Shown in pieces: positions 1 to 9,480 of a stretch of DNA of 64,000 bases. The stretch is from an uncultured Bacteroides sp. GTDB lineage: Bacteria; Bacteroidota; Bacteroidia; Bacteroidales; JACABE01. Within the stretch, counting starts at the first letter, position 1; every line of letters starts with the position of its first letter. Below the pieces are notes generated by a model. The model was given only the letters and a program-made list of their open reading frames with translations, made no database searches and was not told the origin of the DNA. Where the stretch lies: contig CAZWKQ010000012.1 of assembly GCA_964634005.1 (NCBI GenBank), forward strand, positions 13,306-77,305, given 5' to 3'. Made by a program: the position numbers and the translations under genes.

Positions 1-2157
1 AATTTTCTGTGGCTTTTTGGAAAATCGCCTAAATTGCATCAGATAAATAACCCTAAACAGAAAATAGCTTCTGAACTTTATGACTATAAAGGACGCTTGA
101 TAGGAAAATATTTTGATGAAAACCGTACACCAGTCAAATACAATGAATTATCAAATGATTTAATAAATACATTGATATATACCGAAGATTACAGGTTTTA
201 CAAGCATCACGGTATTGATTTAAAAGCAACATTCTCTATCCTATGGTATCTGGCAAAAGGTGAAAAGCGAGGAGGAAGTACAATAACCCAACAATTGGTT
301 AAAAACTTATTTAAAACAAGAGAAAATTATTCAAAAGGGTTATTAGGTCATATTCCATTTGTTAAAACAGTTGTATATAAACTAAAAGAGTGGATAACAG
401 CATTAAAAATTGAAGCCTTTTACACAAAAGAGGAAATAATAACGATGTATTTCAATACAGTTGATTTTGGAAGCAATGCTTACGGAATAAAAACAGCCTC
501 ACATACTTTTTTTAACGAAAAACCTTCCTCTTTAAATATAGAGCAATCGGCACTATTAGTGGGTATGCTTAAGGCTCCTACTTATTACAGTCCCGTTAAA
601 TATCCCGAAAGAGCATTAGAAAGAAGAAATGTTGTTTTAGGTCAATTGTTAAAATATAATTATATAAGCAAACCGGAATATGATTCGTTAAAATTACTTC
701 CTATAAAACTCGATTATAATGTTGAGTCAAATTATGACGGAGAGGCTCCATATTTTCGTGAAGCTGTGGCCAATTATTTAAAAAATTGGGTAAAAGAAAA
801 TAAACTTAATCTTTATGAGGATGGATTAAAAATTTACACAACACTTGACTTAGATATGCAGAAATATGCCGAAGAGGCAGTTAATGAGCATATGAAGCGT
901 CTTCAGAAGCGATTTTTCGAACATTGGGAGGGCGAAAATCCATGGAGAGATGAAAAGAAGCAAGAAATCAAAAATTTTATAGAAGATAAAGTAGTAAAAA
1001 CAAATTTTTATAAAAATTTGATTAAGATTTTTCCAAAAAACTATGACTCAGTTACATATTATCTGAATCAACCAAGAAGAATGAAAATTTTCACATATAA
1101 CGGAGTAAGAGACACTTTATTAAGCACAATTGATTCAATAAAATACTATAATTCGCTGTTACATGCAGGTTTTATAACTTATGAACCTGAAAGCGGTAAA
1201 ATACTAACATACGTAGGTGGTGTAAACTTTGATTTCTTCAAATTCGACCATGTAAGTCAAATGAAACGTCAGCCCGGCTCAACCTTCAAAGCATTTGTTT
1301 ATACAGCTGCATTCGAAAATGGCTGGGGGCCTTGCGATAAAATGTTTGACATTCCGGTTACATACAAATACGTTGAGAATAATATTCAAAAAACGTGGTC
1401 GCCTCAAAATGCCGATTGGGTATTTACAGGAAACAACGTAACTCTAAAACATGCATTTGCAAAATCGATTAATTCGATTGCAGTTCAATTGACAAAGCAA
1501 TTAGGATGGGAAAAAGTTATTTACTATGCTCATAAACTCGGTATTTCGACTAAGTTAGCCAATGTTCCTTCAGTTTGCTTAGGGTCAAGTGATGTTTCGC
1601 TATTTGAACTTGTAAATGCATATTGTCCATTTTTGAACGAAGGATATAAAATTGAACCTTTAATGGTTTTAAAAATAACCGATAATAAAGGGAAACAAAT
1701 CTATTCAAGCGAAATCAAAAAAGAAAGAGCAATATCTGAAGAGACAGCTTTCTTAATGAATCAAATGTTGCAGGGAGGACTGCACGAACCCGGCGGAACA
1801 ACTCAGGCTTTGTTTGAACACGACTTATTCAGATACAATACCGATTTCGGAGGCAAAACAGGCACATCTTCTAATCATTCCGACGGTTGGTTTATTGGAG
1901 TATCTCCTTCTCTAATTTCGGGAGTGTGGGTAGGTGCTGATAATAGAAGTGTACATTTCAGAACATCTGAATTGGGAGAAGGATGCAAAACCGCATTGCC
2001 AATTTACGGTATTTTTATGGAAAAATTATTGAAAGACAAAAGATTCGATTATATCAAAAAAAAGTTTCCTAAACCTAAGATAAAAATTAGCAAAAACTAT
2101 TCGTGTCATACTTATTATACAAAAAGTGATACAACAAATATTGAAACCGACGAATAG
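1..2157 (+). CDS. Class A penicillin-binding protein (transglycosylase + transpeptidase, PBP1A family), 5'-truncated by window edge
   Basis: Frame is open from base 1 (NFLWLFGKSPKLHQ...), so the true start is upstream. GT51 motifs EDYRFYKHHG, GGSTITQQLVKN and KLKE; transpeptidase motifs SxxK (GSTFK), SIN and KTG. Confidence 0.93.
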   Translation, partial: NFLWLFGKSPKLHQINNPKQKIASELYDYKGRLIGKYFDENRTPVKYNELSNDLINTLIYTEDYRFYKHHGIDLKATFSILWYLAKGEKRGGSTITQQLVKNLFKTRENYSKGLLGHIPFVKTVVYKLKEWITALKIEAFYTKEEIITMYFNTVDFGSNAYGIKTASHTFFNEKPSSLNIEQSALLVGMLKAPTYYSPVKYPERALERRNVVLGQLLKYNYISKPEYDSLKLLPIKLDYNVESNYDGEAPYFREAVANYLKNWVKENKLNLYEDGLKIYTTLDLDMQKYAEEAVNEHMKRLQKRFFEHWEGENPWRDEKKQEIKNFIEDKVVKTNFYKNLIKIFPKNYDSVTYYLNQPRRMKIFTYNGVRDTLLSTIDSIKYYNSLLHAGFITYEPESGKILTYVGGVNFDFFKFDHVSQMKRQPGSTFKAFVYTAAFENGWGPCDKMFDIPVTYKYVENNIQKTWSPQNADWVFTGNNVTLKHAFAKSINSIAVQLTKQLGWEKVIYYAHKLGISTKLANVPSVCLGSSDVSLFELVNAYCPFLNEGYKIEPLMVLKITDNKGKQIYSSEIKKERAISEETAFLMNQMLQGGLHEPGGTTQALFEHDLFRYNTDFGGKTGTSSNHSDGWFIGVSPSLISGVWVGADNRSVHFRTSELGEGCKTALPIYGIFMEKLLKDKRFDYIKKKFPKPKIKISKNYSCHTYYTKSDTTNIETDE

Positions 2158-2177
2158 TTTTAACTTTTATGATGGTT

Positions 2178-4271
2178 TTATACTTTAAGCCACTTGTCTA
2201 ACCAACGGAAAAAAGTTCTTTGCCACAGTATTCCGTTTTGAGGTTTAAGCACCCAATGATTTTCATCAGGGAAAATGAGAAGTTCGGCCGGAATTCCTCT
2301 TAACTTCGCGGCATTAAATGCTTGCATACTTTGAGAAGCTAAAATTCTATAGTCTAATTCGCCATGAATACAAAGTATTGGAGTATCCCATTTATCAACA
2401 AAACGGTGTGGAGAATTTGCATAACTCCTTTGTGCAATTTTATTGTTTTTATCCCAGTAAGGACCACCTAAATCCCAATTAACAAACCACATTTCATCTG
2501 TTTCGAGATATTGTGCTTCGAGATTAAACATACCGTCGTGGGCTATAAAAGCTTTAAAGCGTTTATTGTGATTTCCGGCTAACCAATAAACCGAAAAACC
2601 GCCATAACTGGCACCTACACATCCTAAACGAACTTTATTAACAAATGGCCACTTACAAGCTTCGTCAATAGCAGTTAAATAGTCTTTCATATTCTGACCA
2701 CCATAATCTCCGCTTATTTGCTCATTCCACTTCTGGCCAAAACCGGGTAAGCCGTGTCTGTTTGGAGCTACGACAATATATCCATTGGCAGCCATCATCT
2801 GAAAGTTCCACCTATAGCTCCAAAACTGGCTGACAGTACTTTGTGGACCACCTTCGCAATATAAAAGGGTAGGATATTTTTTAGTACTGTCGAAATCAGG
2901 AGGATATATTACCCAAACATGCATATTTTCGTTAGATGTCGTTTTCATCCATTTTTCCTCGACTTTTCCCATTTTAATTTTTGAAAGCAATTCATCATTT
3001 ACATTGCTTATTTTTTTAATACTGCCGTCTGAAGAGTTCACGGAAACAATCTCCAATGGATAAGACATTGACATTCTTGTCCCTATAAGAATATTTCCTG
3101 CTGGAATAACACTTCGGAAATCGTGAATTCCATTTGTAATTTTTCGAATTTTAGAATCATTAATATTTAATTCATAAATATCTTCTTTAGCATGAAAATC
3201 GCTTATAAAATATATTTTCGAATTATCTTCAGCCCAAGCTAATCCGGTTACATTTTGGTCAAAATCGGCGGTATAATCTGTAATTTTCTTCGATTTTGTA
3301 TCGTAAACAACTAATCTGTTTTTATCGGCCTCATAACCATCGCGTTCCATACTTTCCCACGCTATTTTTGAACCATCAGGAGAAAATACTGGAGCAATGT
3401 CGTAACCTTTCATATTCTCGCTTATATTAGTTGTTGTTTTATTATCAATATTATACAAATAAATATCAGAATTAGTTGATAATGTATATGCTACACCTTT
3501 GAGTTTTCGGCATGTATATGCTATGGTTTTGCTGTCAGGGCTCCAATTTATTTGCTCCATACCGCCAAACGGACGATTTGGTGATTCGAAAGGTTCATCT
3601 TTCATTATATCGGTCGAATTTGAAATTCCGTTTTCAGAATATTGAGCAACGAAAATATGCGGATAACTCTCAATCCATGTATCCCAATGTTTATACATAA
3701 GATCGGTAATGATTTTTCCGCTTGTTTTGTCCAAATCAGGATAATAATCCTTAACGGTACTGTCAATTTTTACTTGTTTAATAAAAAGAACATGTTTCGA
3801 ATCAGGCGAATACTTGAAACCTTCTATATCACTATCTTCTTTCGATATTTGTTTTTTATTACTTCCATCAAAATCCATTTCCCAAATCTGAGAACTTCCG
3901 CTTTCGCTCGAAAGAAAAGCAATCTTTTTACCATCGGGTTTGCAAATGATATTCGATTCATTATAAGGAGTTTTAGTAAGTTGTTGAACATTATTGCCGT
4001 CAATGTCCATACTATAAATTTCCGAATTTCCTTTATTCTCAGCAATACTGAAATACTTTACCGTATATATTATTTTCTTTTTATCGGGCGAAACAACCAC
4101 CTCACCTATTCTGCCGAACGACCATAATGCTTCAGGTGTCATTATTCCGTTTTCGACATTAACCTGAGGTTTGCCGATAATATTTTTTTCATTATTGTCC
4201 TGTTTCGATTTACAACTTATAAAAAGAATAATTGTAATTGATGAAATTAGCAAGAATAATTTTTTTTTCAT
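2178..4271 (-). CDS. S9 family serine peptidase (dipeptidyl-peptidase 5 / acylaminoacyl-peptidase-like), probable lipoprotein
   Basis: Lipobox-like LFISC; WD40/PD40 propeller repeats; nucleophile elbow GASYGG; Asp in GELDYR and His in DENHW. Confidence 0.92.
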   Translation of the reverse strand: MKKKLFLLISSITIILFISCKSKQDNNEKNIIGKPQVNVENGIMTPEALWSFGRIGEVVVSPDKKKIIYTVKYFSIAENKGNSEIYSMDIDGNNVQQLTKTPYNESNIICKPDGKKIAFLSSESGSSQIWEMDFDGSNKKQISKEDSDIEGFKYSPDSKHVLFIKQVKIDSTVKDYYPDLDKTSGKIITDLMYKHWDTWIESYPHIFVAQYSENGISNSTDIMKDEPFESPNRPFGGMEQINWSPDSKTIAYTCRKLKGVAYTLSTNSDIYLYNIDNKTTTNISENMKGYDIAPVFSPDGSKIAWESMERDGYEADKNRLVVYDTKSKKITDYTADFDQNVTGLAWAEDNSKIYFISDFHAKEDIYELNINDSKIRKITNGIHDFRSVIPAGNILIGTRMSMSYPLEIVSVNSSDGSIKKISNVNDELLSKIKMGKVEEKWMKTTSNENMHVWVIYPPDFDSTKKYPTLLYCEGGPQSTVSQFWSYRWNFQMMAANGYIVVAPNRHGLPGFGQKWNEQISGDYGGQNMKDYLTAIDEACKWPFVNKVRLGCVGASYGGFSVYWLAGNHNKRFKAFIAHDGMFNLEAQYLETDEMWFVNWDLGGPYWDKNNKIAQRSYANSPHRFVDKWDTPILCIHGELDYRILASQSMQAFNAAKLRGIPAELLIFPDENHWVLKPQNGILWQRTFFRWLDKWLKV

Positions 4272-4310
4272 ATAAATGATTTTTATAAATTTTCAATAAT
4301 TACTTAATAA

Positions 4311-5441
4311 TCAACTTTTTCTTAGTTTAATCCAAAAAGTGGTACCATCGATTTCAGAAGTATTAAAACCAACGCTTCCTTTGAGATATCTTTCGGTAAG
4401 CAGTTTAATTGAATATGTTCCTAAACCTCTGTTGCTCCCCTTAGTAGAAAAAGATCTTTGAAATACTTGCAACTGAACATCACGAGGCATAAAAGATTGG
4501 TTATGAACACTGAAAACAACATCATTATATTCAAGTCTGCAATTTAAAGTAACAATATTATTAATACTTGAAGCCTCTAAGGCATTTTTTAATAAGTTTA
4601 TCAATACTCGTTTCAATAAAAGTTCATCAGTAGTAAATTCAACATCAATAGCCTGATTTGAAATTGTAATCTTTTTATTTCTCGAAACGCTATGATTACT
4701 AAGATATTTAGAAACATCAAAAAGAATTTTTAAAGATGATATTTTCGCCATTTCGGGTTCAAGTTCGCCTTTTTCGGCAGCAGTTAATGCCCGTTGCGAC
4801 TGTATTTCCTCTAACAATTCACCGCTCAATTGGTCTAAAACAGGTATATTTTCTTTAATTTCTTTAACATCGTGAGTTTCTGCAAGCATTTCAGTAAGAC
4901 CTTTTAAACCGCCGGCAACATTTATAATATCATGAAAAAATATTTTCTCGAGCATCTGCTTTCTCTTAAAATCGCTGATATCATCAACAGTGAGGATGGT
5001 ATAAACATTTCCTTTGAAATTGAACGGAGTGCATGTTACTTGTAAATCTAAATATTCATGTTTATCATCAACAAGTGTAATTATACGACATTCTCTTGTA
5101 ACTTTTGAATTAGTTTTCTGACTTTCAATAATAGCATTAACAGCACCACAATACTTGCAATTTTCGGAAGTACCGCAACCGGCTTCCATCAAACTTGAAT
5201 GCACGCATTTTATTGCTTCTCCGGGTCGAAAACCAAGTATGCCGTCTTTATCGATTATGCTCAGGAAATTAAGCAATGTATCATTTGCAAATACTATTTG
5301 CCTTTGAGGATTGAGAATGGCAGCAATATCGGGCAGTGCATTCATAATCATTTTAACATAATCGTCCTGTTGAATTATATTATTATCATTTAATATTTGT
5401 TCTTTTGGGGCTCTTTCGGCAGGTGCATGATATGTTTCCAT
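4311..5441 (-). CDS. Cytoplasmic sensor histidine kinase with Cys-rich PAS-like input domain
   Basis: H-box FFHDIIN; N-box NLLKNALEA; G-box FSTKGSNRGLG; N-terminal PAS-like region with C79, C89, C95, C98. Confidence 0.88.
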   Translation of the reverse strand: METYHAPAERAPKEQILNDNNIIQQDDYVKMIMNALPDIAAILNPQRQIVFANDTLLNFLSIIDKDGILGFRPGEAIKCVHSSLMEAGCGTSENCKYCGAVNAIIESQKTNSKVTRECRIITLVDDKHEYLDLQVTCTPFNFKGNVYTILTVDDISDFKRKQMLEKIFFHDIINVAGGLKGLTEMLAETHDVKEIKENIPVLDQLSGELLEEIQSQRALTAAEKGELEPEMAKISSLKILFDVSKYLSNHSVSRNKKITISNQAIDVEFTTDELLLKRVLINLLKNALEASSINNIVTLNCRLEYNDVVFSVHNQSFMPRDVQLQVFQRSFSTKGSNRGLGTYSIKLLTERYLKGSVGFNTSEIDGTTFWIKLRKS

Positions 5442-5465
5442 ATATTTTTATTAAACTAATTAATA

Positions 5466-5473
5466 CAAAAATA
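5466..5473 (-). promoter_or_regulatory. Bacteroidota sigma-A -7 element (TATTTTTG) upstream of the kinase gene
   Basis: Exact match to TAnnTTTG about 25 nt upstream of the ATG. The motif is short and AT-rich, so chance matches are possible. Confidence 0.5.
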
Positions 5474-5502
5474 GTAAAATAAATTCAACTTTCACGTCAA
5501 TA

Positions 5503-6273
5503 TTAAAGTTCAATTACTTGACTGTCATACGCAAGATTAATGTAATCTGGTAATCGGGCATTAACATCTTCGTGCTTTCCGATAAAATGGCTTACATGAG
5601 TAATAAAAGCTCTTTCGGGTTTAAGTTCTTCAATAATTTCGACTGCTTCGCTCAAAGAAAAATGAGAAACATGTTTTGAATTTCTAAGTGCATTCAAAAC
5701 AATAACTTTTGAATTGGCTATTTTTTCTTTTTCTTTTTCGGAGATATAACTTGCATCGGTGATATAAGTAAAATCGCCTATTCTATAGCCGAAAATAGGA
5801 AGTTTTTCGTGAATTACTTCAATAGGTATTATTTCAATATCGTTGATGAAAAAAGGCTTGTTTTCGATATTATGAATATTTATTTGCGGAGCGCCGAAAT
5901 AGCGAGCCGATTCTTTAAAAATATAAGGAAACTCAACCTTTATTGCTTCCATTACTCTTTCGATACCATAGATATCAATTTTTTTATTAAGGACATAATT
6001 AAAAGCTCTTACATCATCAAGACCTGCAATATGGTCACGATGCTCGTGCGTAAATAATACGGCATCAAGATTAGAGATATTTTCTCTAATCATTTGTATT
6101 CTAAAATCGGGGCCACAATCTACAACCAAGGATTTATCATTTACTTGAATGTGAATAGAAGCCCTAAAGCGTTTATCTTTTTTATCATCCGAAGTACAAA
6201 CCGGACAATCGCAAGCAATAACAGGCACACCTATTGAAGTAGCAGTTCCAAGAAAGGTAACTTTTATTTTCAT
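5503..6273 (-). CDS. MBL-fold metallo-hydrolase (PhnP/YcbL-like phosphodiesterase)
   Basis: GTATSIGVP...CDCPVC N-terminus, THEHRDH metal motif, YITD, HFS, THVSH. Confidence 0.88.
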   Translation of the reverse strand: MKIKVTFLGTATSIGVPVIACDCPVCTSDDKKDKRFRASIHIQVNDKSLVVDCGPDFRIQMIRENISNLDAVLFTHEHRDHIAGLDDVRAFNYVLNKKIDIYGIERVMEAIKVEFPYIFKESARYFGAPQINIHNIENKPFFINDIEIIPIEVIHEKLPIFGYRIGDFTYITDASYISEKEKEKIANSKVIVLNALRNSKHVSHFSLSEAVEIIEELKPERAFITHVSHFIGKHEDVNARLPDYINLAYDSQVIEL

Positions 6274-6306
6274 TATATTTTTTCTAATTGCAATTTTTCC
6301 AACTAA

Positions 6307-7248
6307 TTAATAAATCAATTCATCTATTGTTTGTTTGTCGTACATAAGTTGTTTTCTCATATCATCTTTATCGTTGAAATTTTTTAATTCTCGAATCCGT
6401 TTATGAAAAAAAACAGTTGCGGTTTTACCAACCAAACATTGGTCAATATCAAATAAATGCATATCAATACATATATTAGGCTGATTAATTTGAAATTTTG
6501 AAGGAGCATGCCTAATATTTAGCATCCCCTTAAAATAGCATTCATTTGAAGTTAAACTGATGGCATAAACTCCCTCGGGAGGAATAAGTTTTATATCCTC
6601 GTCAATAAAAATGCTCATGGTAGGCAAACCAATATTTTTTAATACTTCGCTACCTTTAGTCAATTCCCCGATAATAATGTACTGATGATCGAGATAAGCA
6701 TTGGCTTTTTGAATATCGCCTTCGTGTAATGCTTTTCTTATTTTTGTAGAACTTACAGTTTCATTTTGTATGTCTTGTTCGGGAATTTCTTCCACATCAA
6801 AACCTTGAATCTTCGATAATTCATAAAGCGAGTGATAGTTACCTTCCTTATTATGGCCAAAATAATGGTTAAATCCGACAATAATTTTACGGGCATTTAC
6901 TTTTCCGAGAAGAATATTTTTGACAAAATCAATAGAAGAAGTCTGAGCAAATTCTCTTGTAAAATTAATTATTATCAAATTATCGAGACCTGCTTTACGA
7001 AGGAGTTCAATTTTTTCGCGTTGAGAATTAATAAGCAGAAGGTCTTTACCTTCGGTTTCCGGATATAGAACTCTACGCGGGTGCGGATGAAAAGTAATAA
7101 GAACCGACTCGCCCCCGATTAATTTTGCAGATTTTCGCAATCGGTTTATTATAGCTTTATGTCCTATATGAACTCCATCGAAAGAACCGGTAGTTACAAC
7201 AGCATTTTTTATATCCTTAATATCCTCGATATTTCTGAAAATTCTCAT
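6307..7248 (-). CDS. ribF: RibF-like FAD synthetase with degenerate riboflavin-kinase domain
   Basis: Adenylyltransferase motifs GSFDGVHIGH, FHPHP and VSSTKIR are intact. The C-terminal kinase motifs are altered (PTMS, NIRHAPS, IDMHLFD). Confidence 0.8.
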   Translation of the reverse strand: MRIFRNIEDIKDIKNAVVTTGSFDGVHIGHKAIINRLRKSAKLIGGESVLITFHPHPRRVLYPETEGKDLLLINSQREKIELLRKAGLDNLIIINFTREFAQTSSIDFVKNILLGKVNARKIIVGFNHYFGHNKEGNYHSLYELSKIQGFDVEEIPEQDIQNETVSSTKIRKALHEGDIQKANAYLDHQYIIIGELTKGSEVLKNIGLPTMSIFIDEDIKLIPPEGVYAISLTSNECYFKGMLNIRHAPSKFQINQPNICIDMHLFDIDQCLVGKTATVFFHKRIRELKNFNDKDDMRKQLMYDKQTIDELIY

Positions 7249-7256
7249 ATTTTTTT

Positions 7257-7910
7257 CTATGCGGTTAATTCATTTTTTTTGACAAAGTAGGCAACTTTTT
7301 CTAAAGAAGTAATCATATCGTATTCTTCGAGAAAAATATGAGAAGAAACGTTAACAGGAGATGGAGTGAAATTTAAAATCCCTTTAATTCCTGAAATAAC
7401 AAGGTTTTCGGCAACTTTAGCAGCTTCGGATGCGGGAACAGTAATAATACCTATTGTTATATTTTCTTTTTTAATTATTTCCTGAAGTTTATCGTAAGAA
7501 TAACAATGTACGCCGGCATAAACTCTGTCGACCTTTTCGGGATTTGTATCGAAAGCTGCAACAATTGACAATTTTGTTCTTTTACCTTTAAAATAACTGA
7601 TTATTGCTCTACCCAAATTACCAACACCCACAACGGCAACCTTTTGCCCGTCTTCGCTATCAATAATATCACCAATTAAATCAATTAATGCTTGAACATC
7701 ATACCCTTTTCGCAAGGTTCCCGAATATCCTATAAGCATAATATCCCTACGTACCTGAACAGGGGTTATATGAAGCAAATTGGCTATTTCGTGCGAATAA
7801 ATATGAGTCTTACCATTTGCTGCACATACCAACAAATTTCTGCGGTACTGACTAAGTCTTTCAACTGTTTTATCGGGTAATTTTTTTATTTCTTTCACTT
7901 TTGTTATCAT
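7257..7910 (-). CDS. rex: Redox-sensing transcriptional repressor Rex
   Basis: TVERLSQY, QVRRDI...GY winged helix, Rossmann VGVGNLG, GILNFTP. Confidence 0.95.
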   Translation of the reverse strand: MITKVKEIKKLPDKTVERLSQYRRNLLVCAANGKTHIYSHEIANLLHITPVQVRRDIMLIGYSGTLRKGYDVQALIDLIGDIIDSEDGQKVAVVGVGNLGRAIISYFKGKRTKLSIVAAFDTNPEKVDRVYAGVHCYSYDKLQEIIKKENITIGIITVPASEAAKVAENLVISGIKGILNFTPSPVNVSSHIFLEEYDMITSLEKVAYFVKKNELTA

Positions 7911-7923
7911 TATTTTAAAATAA

Positions 7924-9048
7924 TTAGATATTCTTTGGTAATGTAATTGTAAATACCGACCCTTTTTCAGGTGAACTCGAAACTGTTATATTTCCTTCAT
8001 AAGAATCGATAATTTTCTTAACTATAGATAATCCTAAACCACTTCCTGAAATATTTTTAGTTTTTTGATTTTTAATTCTAACAAACTCATTAAAAAGTTT
8101 CGACATATCGTCTTCAGTCATTCCAATTCCATTATCACTTACCGTAATAGTAATATTTTCTTCTTTTTCTTTGATAAAGCAATCTACTCTGCCACCTTTT
8201 TTGTTATATTTTATAGCATTAGAAATCAAATTATTAAATACAATTTCCATTTCTCTTTCATCAGCATTATAATAAATACAGTCCTTACAATTTAAATAAA
8301 CTTCAACATCATTTTGTATTGCAAAAGGATTCATGGCATCTTTCGATATTTTAGCAATTTCGCATAAATTTATCTGTTTTATCTCTCTGTTTGATACTCC
8401 TGATTCGATTTTTGTAAGGTCGAGCAAATCCATTATTAAAGAACGCATACCGTTAATTCTCTCAATAGAACGTTCGATATTATTTTTATAATCGTCAATA
8501 TTATCGCCGAGTTGTTTTTCCAACATCATTTGTAAATAGCCTTCAATAGCATTCAGCGGAGCTTTCAATTCGTGAGAAAGTACCGAAAGGAATTGAAAAC
8601 GAACTTGTTTGCCGACAGTATTCAATCTTTTGGTCATTCGGCGGAAATAAACCTGTTTGGTTATAGTTTCGATTGATGAACGAAGTTCCTGAGGTGTGAA
8701 TGGTTTGGGAATAAAGTCAAAAGCTCCGTTTTTGGTTGCTTTTACTGCAACGTCTAATGATGCATAAGAAGTAATCATTACAACAAGTATGTCGAGATGA
8801 TTTTTGCTGACATACTCCAAAACCTCCAACCCTTGTATTCCGGGCAGCTTATTATCGAGCAGCATAATATCGGGTAGACCGGTTTTGAGGTATTCTATGG
8901 CATCTTCACCGGTAGGAGCCTCAATTATTTCAAATTTACAGGCCTCATCCATAAAAGGATATGAAACAGAAAAATCACGTAATACGCGCGACACACCCGA
9001 ACGGATTCCGGGTTCGTCGTCTACAACCATTAATTTGATTATTTCCAT
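7924..9048 (-). CDS. Hybrid REC-HisKA-HATPase signalling protein
   Basis: N-terminal receiver (VVDD, LLDNKLP, KPF), then H-box SHELKAPL, NLISNAIKY and GSGLGL. Confidence 0.92.
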   Translation of the reverse strand: MEIIKLMVVDDEPGIRSGVSRVLRDFSVSYPFMDEACKFEIIEAPTGEDAIEYLKTGLPDIMLLDNKLPGIQGLEVLEYVSKNHLDILVVMITSYASLDVAVKATKNGAFDFIPKPFTPQELRSSIETITKQVYFRRMTKRLNTVGKQVRFQFLSVLSHELKAPLNAIEGYLQMMLEKQLGDNIDDYKNNIERSIERINGMRSLIMDLLDLTKIESGVSNREIKQINLCEIAKISKDAMNPFAIQNDVEVYLNCKDCIYYNADEREMEIVFNNLISNAIKYNKKGGRVDCFIKEKEENITITVSDNGIGMTEDDMSKLFNEFVRIKNQKTKNISGSGLGLSIVKKIIDSYEGNITVSSSPEKGSVFTITLPKNI

Positions 9049-9051
9049 TAC

Positions 9052-9435
9052 TTAAATCTTTAACAACTTATTTATTTCTCTTTGTAACTGATCAGAACGT
9101 ATGCCTTTATCCATGTATAAATCAGCCTTTATCCATTTACGTTCTTCTTCCGAATGAACGTCGAAACTCATGCCGGTTTCGGCTGTTACGGCTGTTGCAA
9201 TTATTATGGGTACATCAGGATACTTCCTCTTCATTTTATAACTTAAAACGAAGCCGCTATCTTCATTCTCCATCATCAAATCGAAAATTGCCAAATCGGG
9301 TTTAAACGACTCCAAAAGTTGTTCAGCTTCATATTGACCATCTGCTGTTATTACTTCGAAACCTAATTTTTCTACTTTAAGTTTCATTTGATACAAGTAA
9401 TCCATGTCATCGTCAACAATTAAAACCTTTTTCAT
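9052..9435 (-). CDS. Single-domain response regulator
   Basis: VDDD, FDLMM, TAV, DKG; no output domain. Confidence 0.9.
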   Translation of the reverse strand: MKKVLIVDDDMDYLYQMKLKVEKLGFEVITADGQYEAEQLLESFKPDLAIFDLMMENEDSGFVLSYKMKRKYPDVPIIIATAVTAETGMSFDVHSEEERKWIKADLYMDKGIRSDQLQREINKLLKI

Positions 9436-9472
9436 ATTTTTATTTTATTAAAATTTATTTTCATTCATTTTA

Positions 9473-9480
9473 CAAAGTTA
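9473..9480 (-). promoter_or_regulatory. Internal -7 promoter element (TAACTTTG) upstream of the receiver gene
   Basis: TAnnTTTG match overlapping the hydrogenase-kinase stop codon, about 37 nt upstream of the ATG at 9435. Confidence 0.45.
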
